Assembly: GCA_046538485.1 (NCBI GenBank)
Contig: JBKHIT010000027.1
Span: forward strand, 1-61,090
Source: Candidatus Brocadiia bacterium
Lineage (GTDB): Bacteria; Planctomycetota; Brocadiia; SM23-32
Direction of reading: 5' to 3'
Length of the DNA stretch: 61,090 nucleotides
Shown here: positions 30,768-40,159 of the stretch, one piece after another
Layout of the letters: each line of letters begins with the position of its first letter
How positions within the stretch are numbered: the first letter of the stretch is position 1
Program-made: the position numbers and the translations under genes
Notes under the pieces: model-generated
The model's database searches: none
Told to the model about the DNA's origin: nothing
The model's input: the letters and a program-made list of their open reading frames with translations, nothing else

Positions 30768-30801
30768 AGGCCCGTTCGAAATGAGATAAACGGGCCTTTT
30801 T
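30768..30801 (+). terminator. Intrinsic terminator
   Basis: AGGCCCGTT...AACGGGCCT followed by a T-run, between convergent genes. Confidence 0.6.
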
Positions 30802-30817
30802 CTATTGCCGAACAGAC

Positions 30818-31027
30818 TCAGCCTTTCGCTACGCCGCCGGCAGCATTTTGTGCTTTTCGTATTGTCTTCAAACGTTCCCGTTCCTCACGCCTGCGTTTTT
30901 CTGCTGGTTTCTCGAAGACCGAAGCACGCTTTGTGCGATTGATTATTCCTTCTTTATCACAAATCTTCTTGAAACGCTTAAGCGCTTGCTGGATAGGCTC
31001 GTCTGGCTTGATGATGACTTTCGCCAT
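30818..31027 (-). CDS. rpsU: 30S ribosomal protein S21
   Basis: DEPIQQALKRFKK...EGII...FEKPAEKRRR. Confidence 0.9.
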   Translation of the reverse strand: MAKVIIKPDEPIQQALKRFKKICDKEGIINRTKRASVFEKPAEKRRREERERLKTIRKAQNAAGGVAKG

Positions 31028-31285
31028 TCGCTAACACTCACCTCCTGTGCATCTTTTTAGAACTGGAAACCAGAAATCACCCTTGCATATTATACCGAAT
31101 CAAAAACCAGCGTCAAACAGTTAAGGTAACTTTGCCAGGAGATGGTACCCGCCCGCGGAAAAGAATCCACGCGGAGAAATACCATTCACGAGCGCTCAGC
31201 TTTGAGGACAGCGACTGCGTGCATGCCGCCCCGCGTGGATGTTACACTGGTGGTGACAGGTTTATTACTGGAGGAGACGAACTCA

Positions 31286-31528
31286 ATGCTTGATTTTCTG
31301 GCTGCGGTGACTGATCTCTACTCGCTGGTGTTGCTGGTTCGCGTCATATTCACATGGCTGCCACCACGCCACCGCCAGAACGAATTTTACGAATTCATGC
31401 GCAGCATCACAGAACCTGTCCTGCGGCCTATCCGTCGGATTTTGCCAACCAGCCAGAGGATCGATTTCTCTCCGTTAGTGCTGCTATTGCTTCTTAGGCT
31501 GGTGGCAAATCTGCTCCGCGGGGCATGA
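31286..31528 (+). CDS. yggT: YggT family membrane protein
   Basis: ITEPVLRPIRRILP...IDFSPLV; GGAGG RBS before ATG 31286. Confidence 0.88.
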   Translation: MLDFLAAVTDLYSLVLLVRVIFTWLPPRHRQNEFYEFMRSITEPVLRPIRRILPTSQRIDFSPLVLLLLLRLVANLLRGA

Positions 31529-31560
31529 CAATGGTGTGAACACCTTAAAATTCGGCATCC

Positions 31561-32730
31561 TCAGTGCAGGAACCAGCGCATCCCGGAATGAATCATTACC
31601 ATTCCGTATTCATTGGCGGCCTCGGTGACAAGCTCATCCCGTGTGGCCCCACCGGGCTGCATTACATACTGGATATTGCTTCTGGCTGCCCGATCGATGC
31701 TATCGCGGAAGGGAAAAAAAGCATCCGAACTCATGACGGTGCCTTCGAATTCTTTCATCCAATCGGATCTTTCTTGCTCGCTGAGCGGTTTCGGTTCGGC
31801 AATGAGATGTGAGAGCGCAGCGTCTTTTTCCGGCTCACTCAATTTGTCCCAGAGCAGAAATGAATCGACGACATTAGTTTTTTCCGGACGGCCAGCCCCT
31901 TCATCGTATGGCAGTGCCAGCACACGTGGGTGTTGCTGAAGCATCCATTTATCGGCTTTATCACAGGCAAGCCTGGTGCAATGCACGCGGGACTGCTGTC
32001 CGGCGCCCATCCCGATGACCTGGCCCTGGTAAGCTATACAGACCGAATTCGACTGGGTATATTTCAGGGCCACTGTAGCGACAATCAAGCTCTGGGCTGC
32101 TTCTTCGGGGAGTTCAGTGTTGTCACTGACGATATTCTCAAGAAGTTCCGGCGTAACTTTCGCTTTGTTGCGGGTCTGTTCGAGCGTGAAACCGAAAAGA
32201 TCCCGCGATTCCATATCCGGGGGTTCATAGGAAGGATCGATCTCGAGGATGACGTAGTTCCCGCCTTTTTTCTGTTTCAATATATCGAGGGCCTCGGAAT
32301 CGTATCCTGGAGCGATAATGGCGTCGGAAACTTCCCGTGCCAGCAATTTTGCCACGTCTACGTCCGCTTCGTCGCTGAGAGCGGCGCAATCTCCGAATGA
32401 ACTCATGCGATCGGCCCCGCGGGCCCTTGCGTAAGCCGTTGCCAGCGGACTCAGATCGGTTTCCGGGATCATTTGTGATTTCCGGAAAGATTCCGGGAGG
32501 GAACCAGCGACAGCAGTTCCGGCGGGGCTGACATGTTTGAAGGACGCAGCGGCGGGCAGGCCGGTGGCGTCTTTCAATTCTTGCACGAGCTGCCATGCAC
32601 CGAGAGCGTCCAGCATATTTATGGCCCCTGGATTCCCGTTGAGGAGGCGCAGAGGCGAGACGGGTTCGTCAACGATAACACGGGCTACCGACTGGTTCGG
32701 GTTGAAACCGTATTTGAGTGGAATTTCCAT
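31561..32730 (-). CDS. purH: AICAR transformylase (PurH transformylase domain only)
   Basis: LKYGFNPNQ, ASFKHVSPAG, DRMSSFGD, KYTQSNSV, GAGQQSRVHCT, SDAFFPFRD; no N-terminal IMP cyclohydrolase domain. Confidence 0.88.
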   Translation of the reverse strand: MEIPLKYGFNPNQSVARVIVDEPVSPLRLLNGNPGAINMLDALGAWQLVQELKDATGLPAAASFKHVSPAGTAVAGSLPESFRKSQMIPETDLSPLATAYARARGADRMSSFGDCAALSDEADVDVAKLLAREVSDAIIAPGYDSEALDILKQKKGGNYVILEIDPSYEPPDMESRDLFGFTLEQTRNKAKVTPELLENIVSDNTELPEEAAQSLIVATVALKYTQSNSVCIAYQGQVIGMGAGQQSRVHCTRLACDKADKWMLQQHPRVLALPYDEGAGRPEKTNVVDSFLLWDKLSEPEKDAALSHLIAEPKPLSEQERSDWMKEFEGTVMSSDAFFPFRDSIDRAARSNIQYVMQPGGATRDELVTEAANEYGMVMIHSGMRWFLH

Positions 32731-32979
32731 CAAAATCTCCCTTGCAGGATACCGTTTCTGAGATCGGAGCTTATTCCTACCGGAACTCCGGTGCGGAAAA
32801 GCAAAAGGGTATTCGCGGAGAAAACAAACGTCAAGCGTAAACTGGTAACACCTTTCTGAACAATAATATCGGCGTAACGAGCCCAATATTCGTTTTGTGA
32901 AAATAGCGGTCCCGACTATACTTCTATGTGGTGATTTGTCGATGGAGAGCGTTCTGTTTTTTGTCACGAAAGAGATGCG

Positions 32980-34230
32980 ATGGATAGTCCGACGAAGTCC
33001 CCTGAAATTCCTGCCGACGGAGAGAAGATCGAATACGCGGACGGCAAGCTTGAAGTTCCAGACCGGCCGATTATCCCGTTCATTGAGGGAGATGGTATAG
33101 GTCCGGATATCTGGCGCGCGGCCAAAATGGTAATTGATAGTGCCGTCGAGAAAGCATACGGGGAGAAACGTCGTATCTGCTGGGCGCAGCTCTATGCCGC
33201 GGATCGTGCGCTCGAGCTGTTCGATGAATGGGTGCCTCAGGAAACGGTTGATGCTATTCGCAATTACCGCGTAGCAATAAAAGGCCCCCTCACGACTCCC
33301 GTCGGCGGCGGGCACAGGAGCGCAAACGTTTATCTCAGGCAGGTTCTCGACCTCTATGCGTGTGTCCGCCCCGTTTTCTGGGTGCCTCCCGTGCCATGTC
33401 CTGTGAAGAACCCGGAGAAACTCGATATCGTGATTTTCCGCGAGAACACAGAGGATGTGTATGCTGGGATTGAATTTCAAGCCGGTACACCTGAGGCGCG
33501 GCGACTTATCCAGTTTCTTGAAGGGGAGTTGGAATCTGAAGTTCGCCCGGATTCCGGTGTCGGAATCAAACCGATCAGCGAGGTCGGCACCAAACGGTTG
33601 ATGCGGAAAGCTATCAATTATGCGCTCGACCGAGATCGCCTCAGCATCACTATCATGCACAAAGGCAATATCATGAAGTATACGGAGGGGGCTTTCAAAG
33701 GCTGGTGCTATGAGCTTGCCGCGGAAGAATTTGGGCAAGAAACGATCAGTGAGGACGTTCTATGGAAACAATATGACGGCAAGTTGCCGGAGGACCAAAT
33801 TCTTATCAAGGATCGCATTGCTGATGCGATGTTTCAACAATTACTGCTCCGCCCGGATGAATACGACATCGTGGTAAGCCCAAATCTTAACGGCGATTAC
33901 ATCTCGGACGCTGCTGCGGCGCAGGTCGGTGGGTTGGGGATCGCGCCCGGTGGCAATATCGGTGATGGTGTTGCCCTTTTTGAAGCGACGCACGGAACGG
34001 CGCCCAAATACACCGGCCAGGACAAGGTGAATCCTTCAAGCTTAATTTTGAGCGGTCGCATGATGCTGGAATACATGGGCTGGCAAGAAGCCGGCGATCT
34101 TATACTGAAGGGATTGAAAAAAGCGGTAGCTGCTAAGACCGTGACCTACGACCTTGAGCGCCAGATGAAAGGCGCTGAACTGCTTAAATGCTCCGAATTT
34201 GGCGAGGCCATCGTTGCCAATATGCCGTGA
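32980..34230 (+). CDS. icd: Isocitrate dehydrogenase (E. coli Icd type)
   Basis: [56 protein letters not shown]. Confidence 0.95.
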   Translation: MDSPTKSPEIPADGEKIEYADGKLEVPDRPIIPFIEGDGIGPDIWRAAKMVIDSAVEKAYGEKRRICWAQLYAADRALELFDEWVPQETVDAIRNYRVAIKGPLTTPVGGGHRSANVYLRQVLDLYACVRPVFWVPPVPCPVKNPEKLDIVIFRENTEDVYAGIEFQAGTPEARRLIQFLEGELESEVRPDSGVGIKPISEVGTKRLMRKAINYALDRDRLSITIMHKGNIMKYTEGAFKGWCYELAAEEFGQETISEDVLWKQYDGKLPEDQILIKDRIADAMFQQLLLRPDEYDIVVSPNLNGDYISDAAAAQVGGLGIAPGGNIGDGVALFEATHGTAPKYTGQDKVNPSSLILSGRMMLEYMGWQEAGDLILKGLKKAVAAKTVTYDLERQMKGAELLKCSEFGEAIVANMP

Positions 34231-34281
34231 GCTGATAGTTCAGCCAGCGCGCGCACCTTAACTTAAAATATGGAGTAACCG

Positions 34282-35091
34282 ATGATAGAACGAAAGATTG
34301 GTTTTATCGGCGCAGGCCTGATGGCTGAGTCCCTGATAAGGGGTATGCTTGAGGCCGAAGTGGCAGTGGCCAGGAATTTATTCGCAAGCGATCCATCAGA
34401 AGAACGCCGCGAACTGATGGAAAGTCTGCTCGGGCCAAATGTGTTCAGCAAAAACGGGAAAGTGCTGGCAAATGCCGAAGTCGTGGTGCTGTCGGTAAAA
34501 CCTCAAGTTCTGTCGATTGTCACCGAGGAAATTAGCCCGGATATATCGTCCGATCAATTGCTGGTTTCCATCGCCCCGGGCGTTACCTTGCGCTGGCTCG
34601 AGGAAAAGGTCGGAACCGCCAGGCTTGTGCGTGTGATGCCGAATACTCCGGCTCTGGTTAAAGACGGGGCGGCCGCTTTTTGCCGGGGCAGCCGGGCCAA
34701 TGAGGGCGATGGTCAGGTTGTGGAAGAAATGCTCTCAGCGGTCGGTTTGTGTGAAGAAGTTGATGAGAAATACATGGATGCAGTAACCGGACTCAGCGGA
34801 AGCGGGCCGGCCTACGTTTATATGATTATCGAGGCTCTCAGCGACGGGGGCGTCAAAATGGGCCTCCAGCGCAAAGTGGCCACACGACTCGCCGCTCAGA
34901 CGGTTCTCGGGGCCGCAAGGATGGTGCTTGAAAGCGGGACGCATCCTGGAGAACTGAAAGATCAGGTGACCACCCCCGGCGGGACGACGATTGAGGCGGT
35001 ACACGCGCTCGAAAAAGCCGGTCTGAGAAAGGCTCTCATTGATGCTGTGGAAGCCGCGAGCGAAAAGAGCCGGCAGCTTGGCCGCGAATGA
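34282..35091 (+). CDS. proC: Pyrroline-5-carboxylate reductase
   Basis: FIGAGLMA, VKPQ, RVMPNTP, GLSGSGPAY, VTTPGGTT. Confidence 0.95.
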   Translation: MIERKIGFIGAGLMAESLIRGMLEAEVAVARNLFASDPSEERRELMESLLGPNVFSKNGKVLANAEVVVLSVKPQVLSIVTEEISPDISSDQLLVSIAPGVTLRWLEEKVGTARLVRVMPNTPALVKDGAAAFCRGSRANEGDGQVVEEMLSAVGLCEEVDEKYMDAVTGLSGSGPAYVYMIIEALSDGGVKMGLQRKVATRLAAQTVLGAARMVLESGTHPGELKDQVTTPGGTTIEAVHALEKAGLRKALIDAVEAASEKSRQLGRE

Positions 35092-35307
35092 GGGGGGAAG
35101 ACAGGTTTCACCGCTGTACGGTTTTGGGCGTTGCGCCCGGAGGCGCCTTGGCAACATTCCCAAACCCATGTCGGATTTTATGCGCCGTTTTTTTCGTCCG
35201 GATTTTTTCCTCGAGAAGAGCTGTGAATGGTATCCGGAAAACGAATGTCGTTAAATTGACAACAATTGATCGAAATTATCCGTAAAATCCGGACTAACCT
35301 GTTCCGT

Positions 35308-35340
35308 CTGTGCCCCCGTCACAAGTTGACGGGGGCGCAG
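35308..35340. terminator. GC-rich hairpin between convergent genes
   Basis: GCCCCCGTCA-caagt-TGACGGGGGC stem; no strong U-tract. Confidence 0.5.
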
Positions 35341-35375
35341 GCCGCGTTTCGTACCTCCACAGGGCCCCAGTCGCT

Positions 35376-36383
35376 TCAGAGAATTTCGTCCATTTCCACC
35401 CATCCATCCTCTTTTGCGCTCTGAATGGCCGCAAGAGTCATTGCGAGAGACTTGATATTATCCGCTGCTGAACACTCCGGTTCCCGTTCCTCTTCGATCG
35501 ATGCGAAGAACTCGTCGAGAATCGCTTTTCCGCCCGGTGGGACATCCATAAGCTCGATATATTTGGAAACCGGTTCTTCAACCCGGTGCAGGTGGGCGTA
35601 ATGAATACCGCCGTCTTCCCAGGAGATAGACCCGCCGGGGCCTTCAATGCGCCAGTCTCCATTCCAGTCCGTGCGTTCGCCGACGGCGCATCCGACGGTG
35701 ATATGTGTGGCCCAGAGGCCTTCCGGGAATTGGAAGACAATGGCGTGGGCCGCATCGCCTTCGTGCCAGCCCCAAGGATGATTCCAGGTAATGGCATGGA
35801 CGCGCAGTGGATCTTCAGCGAGCACGTAGCGCATCATGTCGAAATGATGAACCATCATATCGTTGATCAGCATATATGGTTCAGTGACGTAATGGCTTCC
35901 GGGGGCATCGGCCCAACTCATGTAAAATCGGATATCGAGCTGCCCCGGCTGACCGATGAGGCCATCGGCAATTAAGTTCCGGGTTGTTCGGGGCTGAGGC
36001 GTGAATCTGTAATTCTGCGTAATCATGTGGCGTAGGCCAGCCTCGTTCCCCATTTCGACCATTTCTTTTGCACTTTCCGCATTGTCGCTCAGAGGCTTTT
36101 CACCGAGCAGGTGCAAACCGGCTTCGAAACTGATTTCGGCGATTTGGCGATGGATTCCGGGGGGAGTGACGTCGAGCACAAAATCGGCATCGGTTTCAGC
36201 AACAGCATCCTCGAGGTTCTCGAAGATTTGCGCCTCTGGCACGTCTTGTTGTTCGACGGCTTCACCGGCGTTTTCTGCGTCGGGTTCCACGTAGGCAACA
36301 AGTTCACAATCTGCGTGTTCACGGGCCTGTCCCAGCCAATGCCGGCCGCGGCTTCCGAGTCCAGCAAGTATACCTTTGAACAT
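35376..36383 (-). CDS. Gfo/Idh/MocA oxidoreductase
   Basis: AGLGSRG, VTPPGIH, EKPL, QNYRF, DMMVHHFD; GGAGG RBS before ATG 36383. Confidence 0.9.
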   Translation of the reverse strand: MFKGILAGLGSRGRHWLGQAREHADCELVAYVEPDAENAGEAVEQQDVPEAQIFENLEDAVAETDADFVLDVTPPGIHRQIAEISFEAGLHLLGEKPLSDNAESAKEMVEMGNEAGLRHMITQNYRFTPQPRTTRNLIADGLIGQPGQLDIRFYMSWADAPGSHYVTEPYMLINDMMVHHFDMMRYVLAEDPLRVHAITWNHPWGWHEGDAAHAIVFQFPEGLWATHITVGCAVGERTDWNGDWRIEGPGGSISWEDGGIHYAHLHRVEEPVSKYIELMDVPPGGKAILDEFFASIEEEREPECSAADNIKSLAMTLAAIQSAKEDGWVEMDEIL

Positions 36384-36620
36384 CAGGGACCTCCTCGGTG
36401 TGAAATGGTTTGGGGATTTCGGACTGTCGCAATATCGAAAGGGAAATAGTTTAACGTTGGGGCAGGTCGGGCGCAACAGTGGAATCGCATCTATCTGCAG
36501 GACGTTAAATCATATGAATCCGGGAATGCAATCGGTGATGACAATTTGACCAATGTTCCCAAGCGAGTTATGCTTACCCTTTCTTGTGAGGCAAATTCGG
36601 GACCCTAATTAGGCGCTCGG

Positions 36621-37274
36621 ATGCTGAAAGTTGAATCAGTTTACTGGTTGTTGTTGGTCTCTTTTTCCCTGTTTGTATTTGGATGCGGTGGAGAAGGGAC
36701 AACCGATGATTCCGGGCGGGGTTCCCCGCAGAAAACTCCAACCGGGAAGGAGACGGCTGTGAACGATCAGAATTCAGTAGTTGAGATCGAAACGACAAAA
36801 GGCAGTATCACCGTGCAACTCTGGGCAGATGAAGCTCCGAAAACCGTTGATAATTTTCTACAGTATGTGGACGACGCTTTTTACGATGGGACCGTTTTTC
36901 ACCGTGTAATACCGGGTTTCATGATCCAGGGCGGCGGGATGGCGGAGGATCTTAAGAAAAAACCGACTCGCGATCCGATTGCCAATGAGGCCAGCTCCGA
37001 TAAGAAAAATCAGAGAGGCACCATTGCCATGGCCCGGACAGGCGAGATCAACAGCGCGACCTCCCAGTTTTTTATTAACCTGGCCGATAATGATTTTCTG
37101 GACCACGTCGACGAGACCCCGGAAGGGTTCGGTTATGCGGCATTCGGTGAAGTCACTGACGGTATGGATGTTGTCGATGAGATCGCACAGACTGAGACGG
37201 CCTCAAAAGGTCCGCATGAGAATGTCCCGAAACAACCGATCATCATAAAGAAGATCCGCCGGGTCGAACCGTGA
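36621..37274 (+). CDS. Cyclophilin-type peptidyl-prolyl isomerase, predicted lipoprotein
   Basis: Lipobox VFGC; FHRVIPGFMIQGG, GTIAMART, SATSQFFIN. Confidence 0.93.
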   Translation: MLKVESVYWLLLVSFSLFVFGCGGEGTTDDSGRGSPQKTPTGKETAVNDQNSVVEIETTKGSITVQLWADEAPKTVDNFLQYVDDAFYDGTVFHRVIPGFMIQGGGMAEDLKKKPTRDPIANEASSDKKNQRGTIAMARTGEINSATSQFFINLADNDFLDHVDETPEGFGYAAFGEVTDGMDVVDEIAQTETASKGPHENVPKQPIIIKKIRRVEP

Positions 37275-37583
37275 ATCTTCGGTTGAGGGGCGTCCCCCGG
37301 TAGTGCACAAGTACAGCCCCACTGCAAGGTCAGTGGTAGCCTTTCTTGTCGATTGTCGACAATTTCCCCCACCGTGTTTGAAAACCGCTTTGTGCGGTCC
37401 ATCATGCAGCTTCTGTACCCCCGTATTTCCTCCCCGGAAGCCCCCTCCGATATCATTGTTGTGGCGGACCGCAAGACACTCGATACCGCATGGCCGAGGT
37501 TGTCTTTGCTAATCCATAGGGGGGCTACTTGACCCGCCAGCACCTCTCGGCTGAAAGACCCTCGCTGTTTCCTCTGGCCGCCC

Positions 37584-38597
37584 CTATTCCCGGGCTGCCT
37601 CGGCCATGGCTTCCAGATTTGCCGGGGGAACGTTTGGCAGCACGGCCTCGTGGCTCGGACTCACGATCAGGCGCGGTCCCAGTAGATCTTTGACCCGCCG
37701 CACGTCCTCTTTGACCTCTTCAGGCGTTGCATTGACCAGCAGCTCCTGCGTGTCAATTCCCCCCATAAACGCAATGCGCCCGCCGAAATCGCGAGCAAGA
37801 GTCTGGGCTGACATGTTGGCAGCGCGCGCCTGGAGGGGATGGAGGCAATCCACGCCGGCATCTATGAGACGTTCAATCACTTTGTGTATCGCCCCACAGG
37901 AATGCAATATCGCATGATAACCGTGATTGTGGGCCTGCTCGGTAAAACGCGCAAACCAGGGCATGATGAACTGATCGAACTGGTCCGGACCGCAAATTAG
38001 ATCGACCTGGGTTCCAAAATCGTTGCCGAAAAAGAAACCGTCAACCAGGTCTCCCGCCACAGCGAAGAATCGTTCGTTGGCTTCGTAGTAGAATTCACAG
38101 ACGTGGTTCGTTACGGCCGTCACAACTTCCGGATGAGTGTACATTTTCACCATGTAATCTTCCATCCCAAAAAGGTCCATCACATTGTGGTAAAAACAGG
38201 TCCAGAATCCGCTGGCCCGGTAGACGTCTCCCGCGTTGCTCAATGCTTCCAGACATGAGTCGAATGTAAGGTAATCTGGATTGGGCCAGGGGTAATCTTC
38301 GACTTCGGCGGGGTCTTCGCACTGAGCGAAAGGACCGGCCTGGCCATGTCGCTTTTTGTTGAGTCCCGCATCGAACATGCCGTGACCGGCGGGGTCCTGG
38401 TAGGCATCGGCGAAAAACTGCGGGCAAATCCAGCGAAAATCGTCTTTCAGTTTCCGCCGGAGTTCCTCCTGGGTTTCGGTTCCGAAATACGCGTGGAGCC
38501 CGGGCCAGCTGTCACTGTGAGGGTTTCCCAGCCAGAATCCGCAACGATCGGCTTCTTCGCCATCGATGATGGCCCGTATGCGTTTGCGACTTTTCAT
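37584..38597 (-). CDS. Uroporphyrinogen decarboxylase-like (UroD/MtaA family) protein
   Basis: NDFGTQ, LHSCG, GVDCLHPLQ, FMGGIDTQ, SPSH. Confidence 0.85.
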   Translation of the reverse strand: MKSRKRIRAIIDGEEADRCGFWLGNPHSDSWPGLHAYFGTETQEELRRKLKDDFRWICPQFFADAYQDPAGHGMFDAGLNKKRHGQAGPFAQCEDPAEVEDYPWPNPDYLTFDSCLEALSNAGDVYRASGFWTCFYHNVMDLFGMEDYMVKMYTHPEVVTAVTNHVCEFYYEANERFFAVAGDLVDGFFFGNDFGTQVDLICGPDQFDQFIMPWFARFTEQAHNHGYHAILHSCGAIHKVIERLIDAGVDCLHPLQARAANMSAQTLARDFGGRIAFMGGIDTQELLVNATPEEVKEDVRRVKDLLGPRLIVSPSHEAVLPNVPPANLEAMAEAARE

Positions 38598-38789
38598 CTA
38601 TTGGACCTTATTTGCGTTTAACAATTCGATAAACTCTCTGAAATCCTTGTCGATCATCATATCTCCAGGAATTGTATTCTTTTCGGATTTTCTCCAGGGC
38701 TTCCAAACGCTCTTGGTATGATTTCGATTGCCAGAACGAAAAATCACTGGGCTGATCGTCGATATTGTATTTTTCACCACTTTATCCAT
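38598..38789 (-). pseudogene. Decayed small-protein + nucleotidyltransferase two-gene module
   Basis: Adding one A to an A5 run restores MDKVVKKYNIDDQPSDFSFWQSKSYQERLEALEKIRKEYNSWRYDDRQGFQRVYRIVKRK (38608-38789). Overlapping MMIDKDFREFIELLNANKVQ-stop (38598-38660) is a truncated NTase-like N-terminus. Confidence 0.65.
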
Positions 38790-38976
38790 AGCCCCCCTGA
38801 TCTGCCGAAATCCTGTTGTCTTCACCGCTGGTTTGTGACCTGCTCCCACAGGCCACTAAGACAATGGTATCCCATGGTATACGCCAGTTCAAGCGGTCCG
38901 ACGGGGAATTTGCGCTGCGGTTTTTCGTGGTTTGGTGAGCATAAGTTTTCTCAACATTTCCACCGTCTGGCGGTTG

Positions 38977-39981
38977 CTAATGAAGCCCGAAATTCAGAAA
39001 ACGTCGGGGATTTGTCTCCGTCAACAGGCGCCATTCCGACTCGGTAAACGTGACGGAACACCACGGGATCTCGCTGGCGTACTCGCGGAACCATTTCAGG
39101 TACGTCTCCTCGGTCCAGAAACAACGGCCCATGTACCAATCCGTCCCATACAGCAGGCGGTTCTGGAAAGCGGGCGTGTTAAGCAGGCGTTTGATGTACT
39201 GAAAATAGCGTCCGGGCATATACCACATCTCGAGATTGTATGAGACGTCTATGTAAACGCGGGGATAGGTCTGCATTATTTCCTTGATGACGCTCTGCCA
39301 CGGAGAACCCAGCCGATCATTGTGCGCCAGGTTGAGCACGAGGTCAGGGAAATCTTCCAGCACAGGCCGCCAGTATTTCGGATGGGCCAGCTCGTAGTAG
39401 CCCTGCAGGCCTGGCACGCCGCCGTTCTGACAATGCGTTGTGATGGGAGTTTGGTTTTCCTCGCAATAACTCCAGAGCGGGCGGAGCCGCTTCTCGTCGG
39501 GGGTGAATCCCATGACAGGATAAATTTTCACGCCCCGAAACGGTCCCTTTTCCAGGCCTTCGCACGCGAGATCGATGGCGTTCGGGCGCCGCGGGTCGAC
39601 CGCGATGAAGGGCAGCATCCGCGGCGAATTGCTTTCGGCGTTAATTTTTTTGACGGCCGAGGCGGTTTCGGCGATCTGGTCTTCGTAGTCTTTGATTGTC
39701 CCACCGTACCCTTCGCAGTAAGCCATATCCATCATAAGCGGGACGCACGTGTCTACCCCGGCTTCGTCCATTTCGGAAAGCAGTCGGCGAGCAATCTGTT
39801 CGATACTGAGATCGGCGAGTTGCCACCACTGTTTCAATCTTGTGTCGCCGGGCATCATGCGGCTGACCTGATCGTATGCGAAACGCTGGAGATGGCTCTT
39901 CAAATCCAGCATGAACCGGCGCCGAAAATCTCCGGGGACGCATTCCAGATCGAAGATATGGCAATGGCAGTTAATGATCAT
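38977..39981 (-). CDS. Amidohydrolase family protein
   Basis: NCHCHIF, GVKIYP, LNLAH, LLYGTDW. Confidence 0.85.
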   Translation of the reverse strand: MIINCHCHIFDLECVPGDFRRRFMLDLKSHLQRFAYDQVSRMMPGDTRLKQWWQLADLSIEQIARRLLSEMDEAGVDTCVPLMMDMAYCEGYGGTIKDYEDQIAETASAVKKINAESNSPRMLPFIAVDPRRPNAIDLACEGLEKGPFRGVKIYPVMGFTPDEKRLRPLWSYCEENQTPITTHCQNGGVPGLQGYYELAHPKYWRPVLEDFPDLVLNLAHNDRLGSPWQSVIKEIMQTYPRVYIDVSYNLEMWYMPGRYFQYIKRLLNTPAFQNRLLYGTDWYMGRCFWTEETYLKWFREYASEIPWCSVTFTESEWRLLTETNPRRFLNFGLH

Positions 39982-40159
39982 AACGTCACGGCAATCTTGC
40001 AGAGTGGAAGATAAGGGAGCCGGGAGAAAAAGCAAAAACAAAAAGTGTTTCCATCAGCGAACGCAGGACGCGCGCCGGCCGGAGGAGAGGCCGATAAGAA
40101 CCGGGGGGTACTGGTCGACCGGACGGCTTTTGGGATCCCGAATGCCCTCGTCGGACATC

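Noticed and set aside
32731..32979. ZMP/ZTP riboswitch upstream of the AICAR transformylase
   Set aside because: The conserved GACTGGCG and GCCTGGGC elements are not present on the minus strand.
32731..33738. 725-aa version of the purH ORF
   Set aside because: The extension is mostly antisense to icd; the real start is ATG 32730 with a GGGAG RBS.
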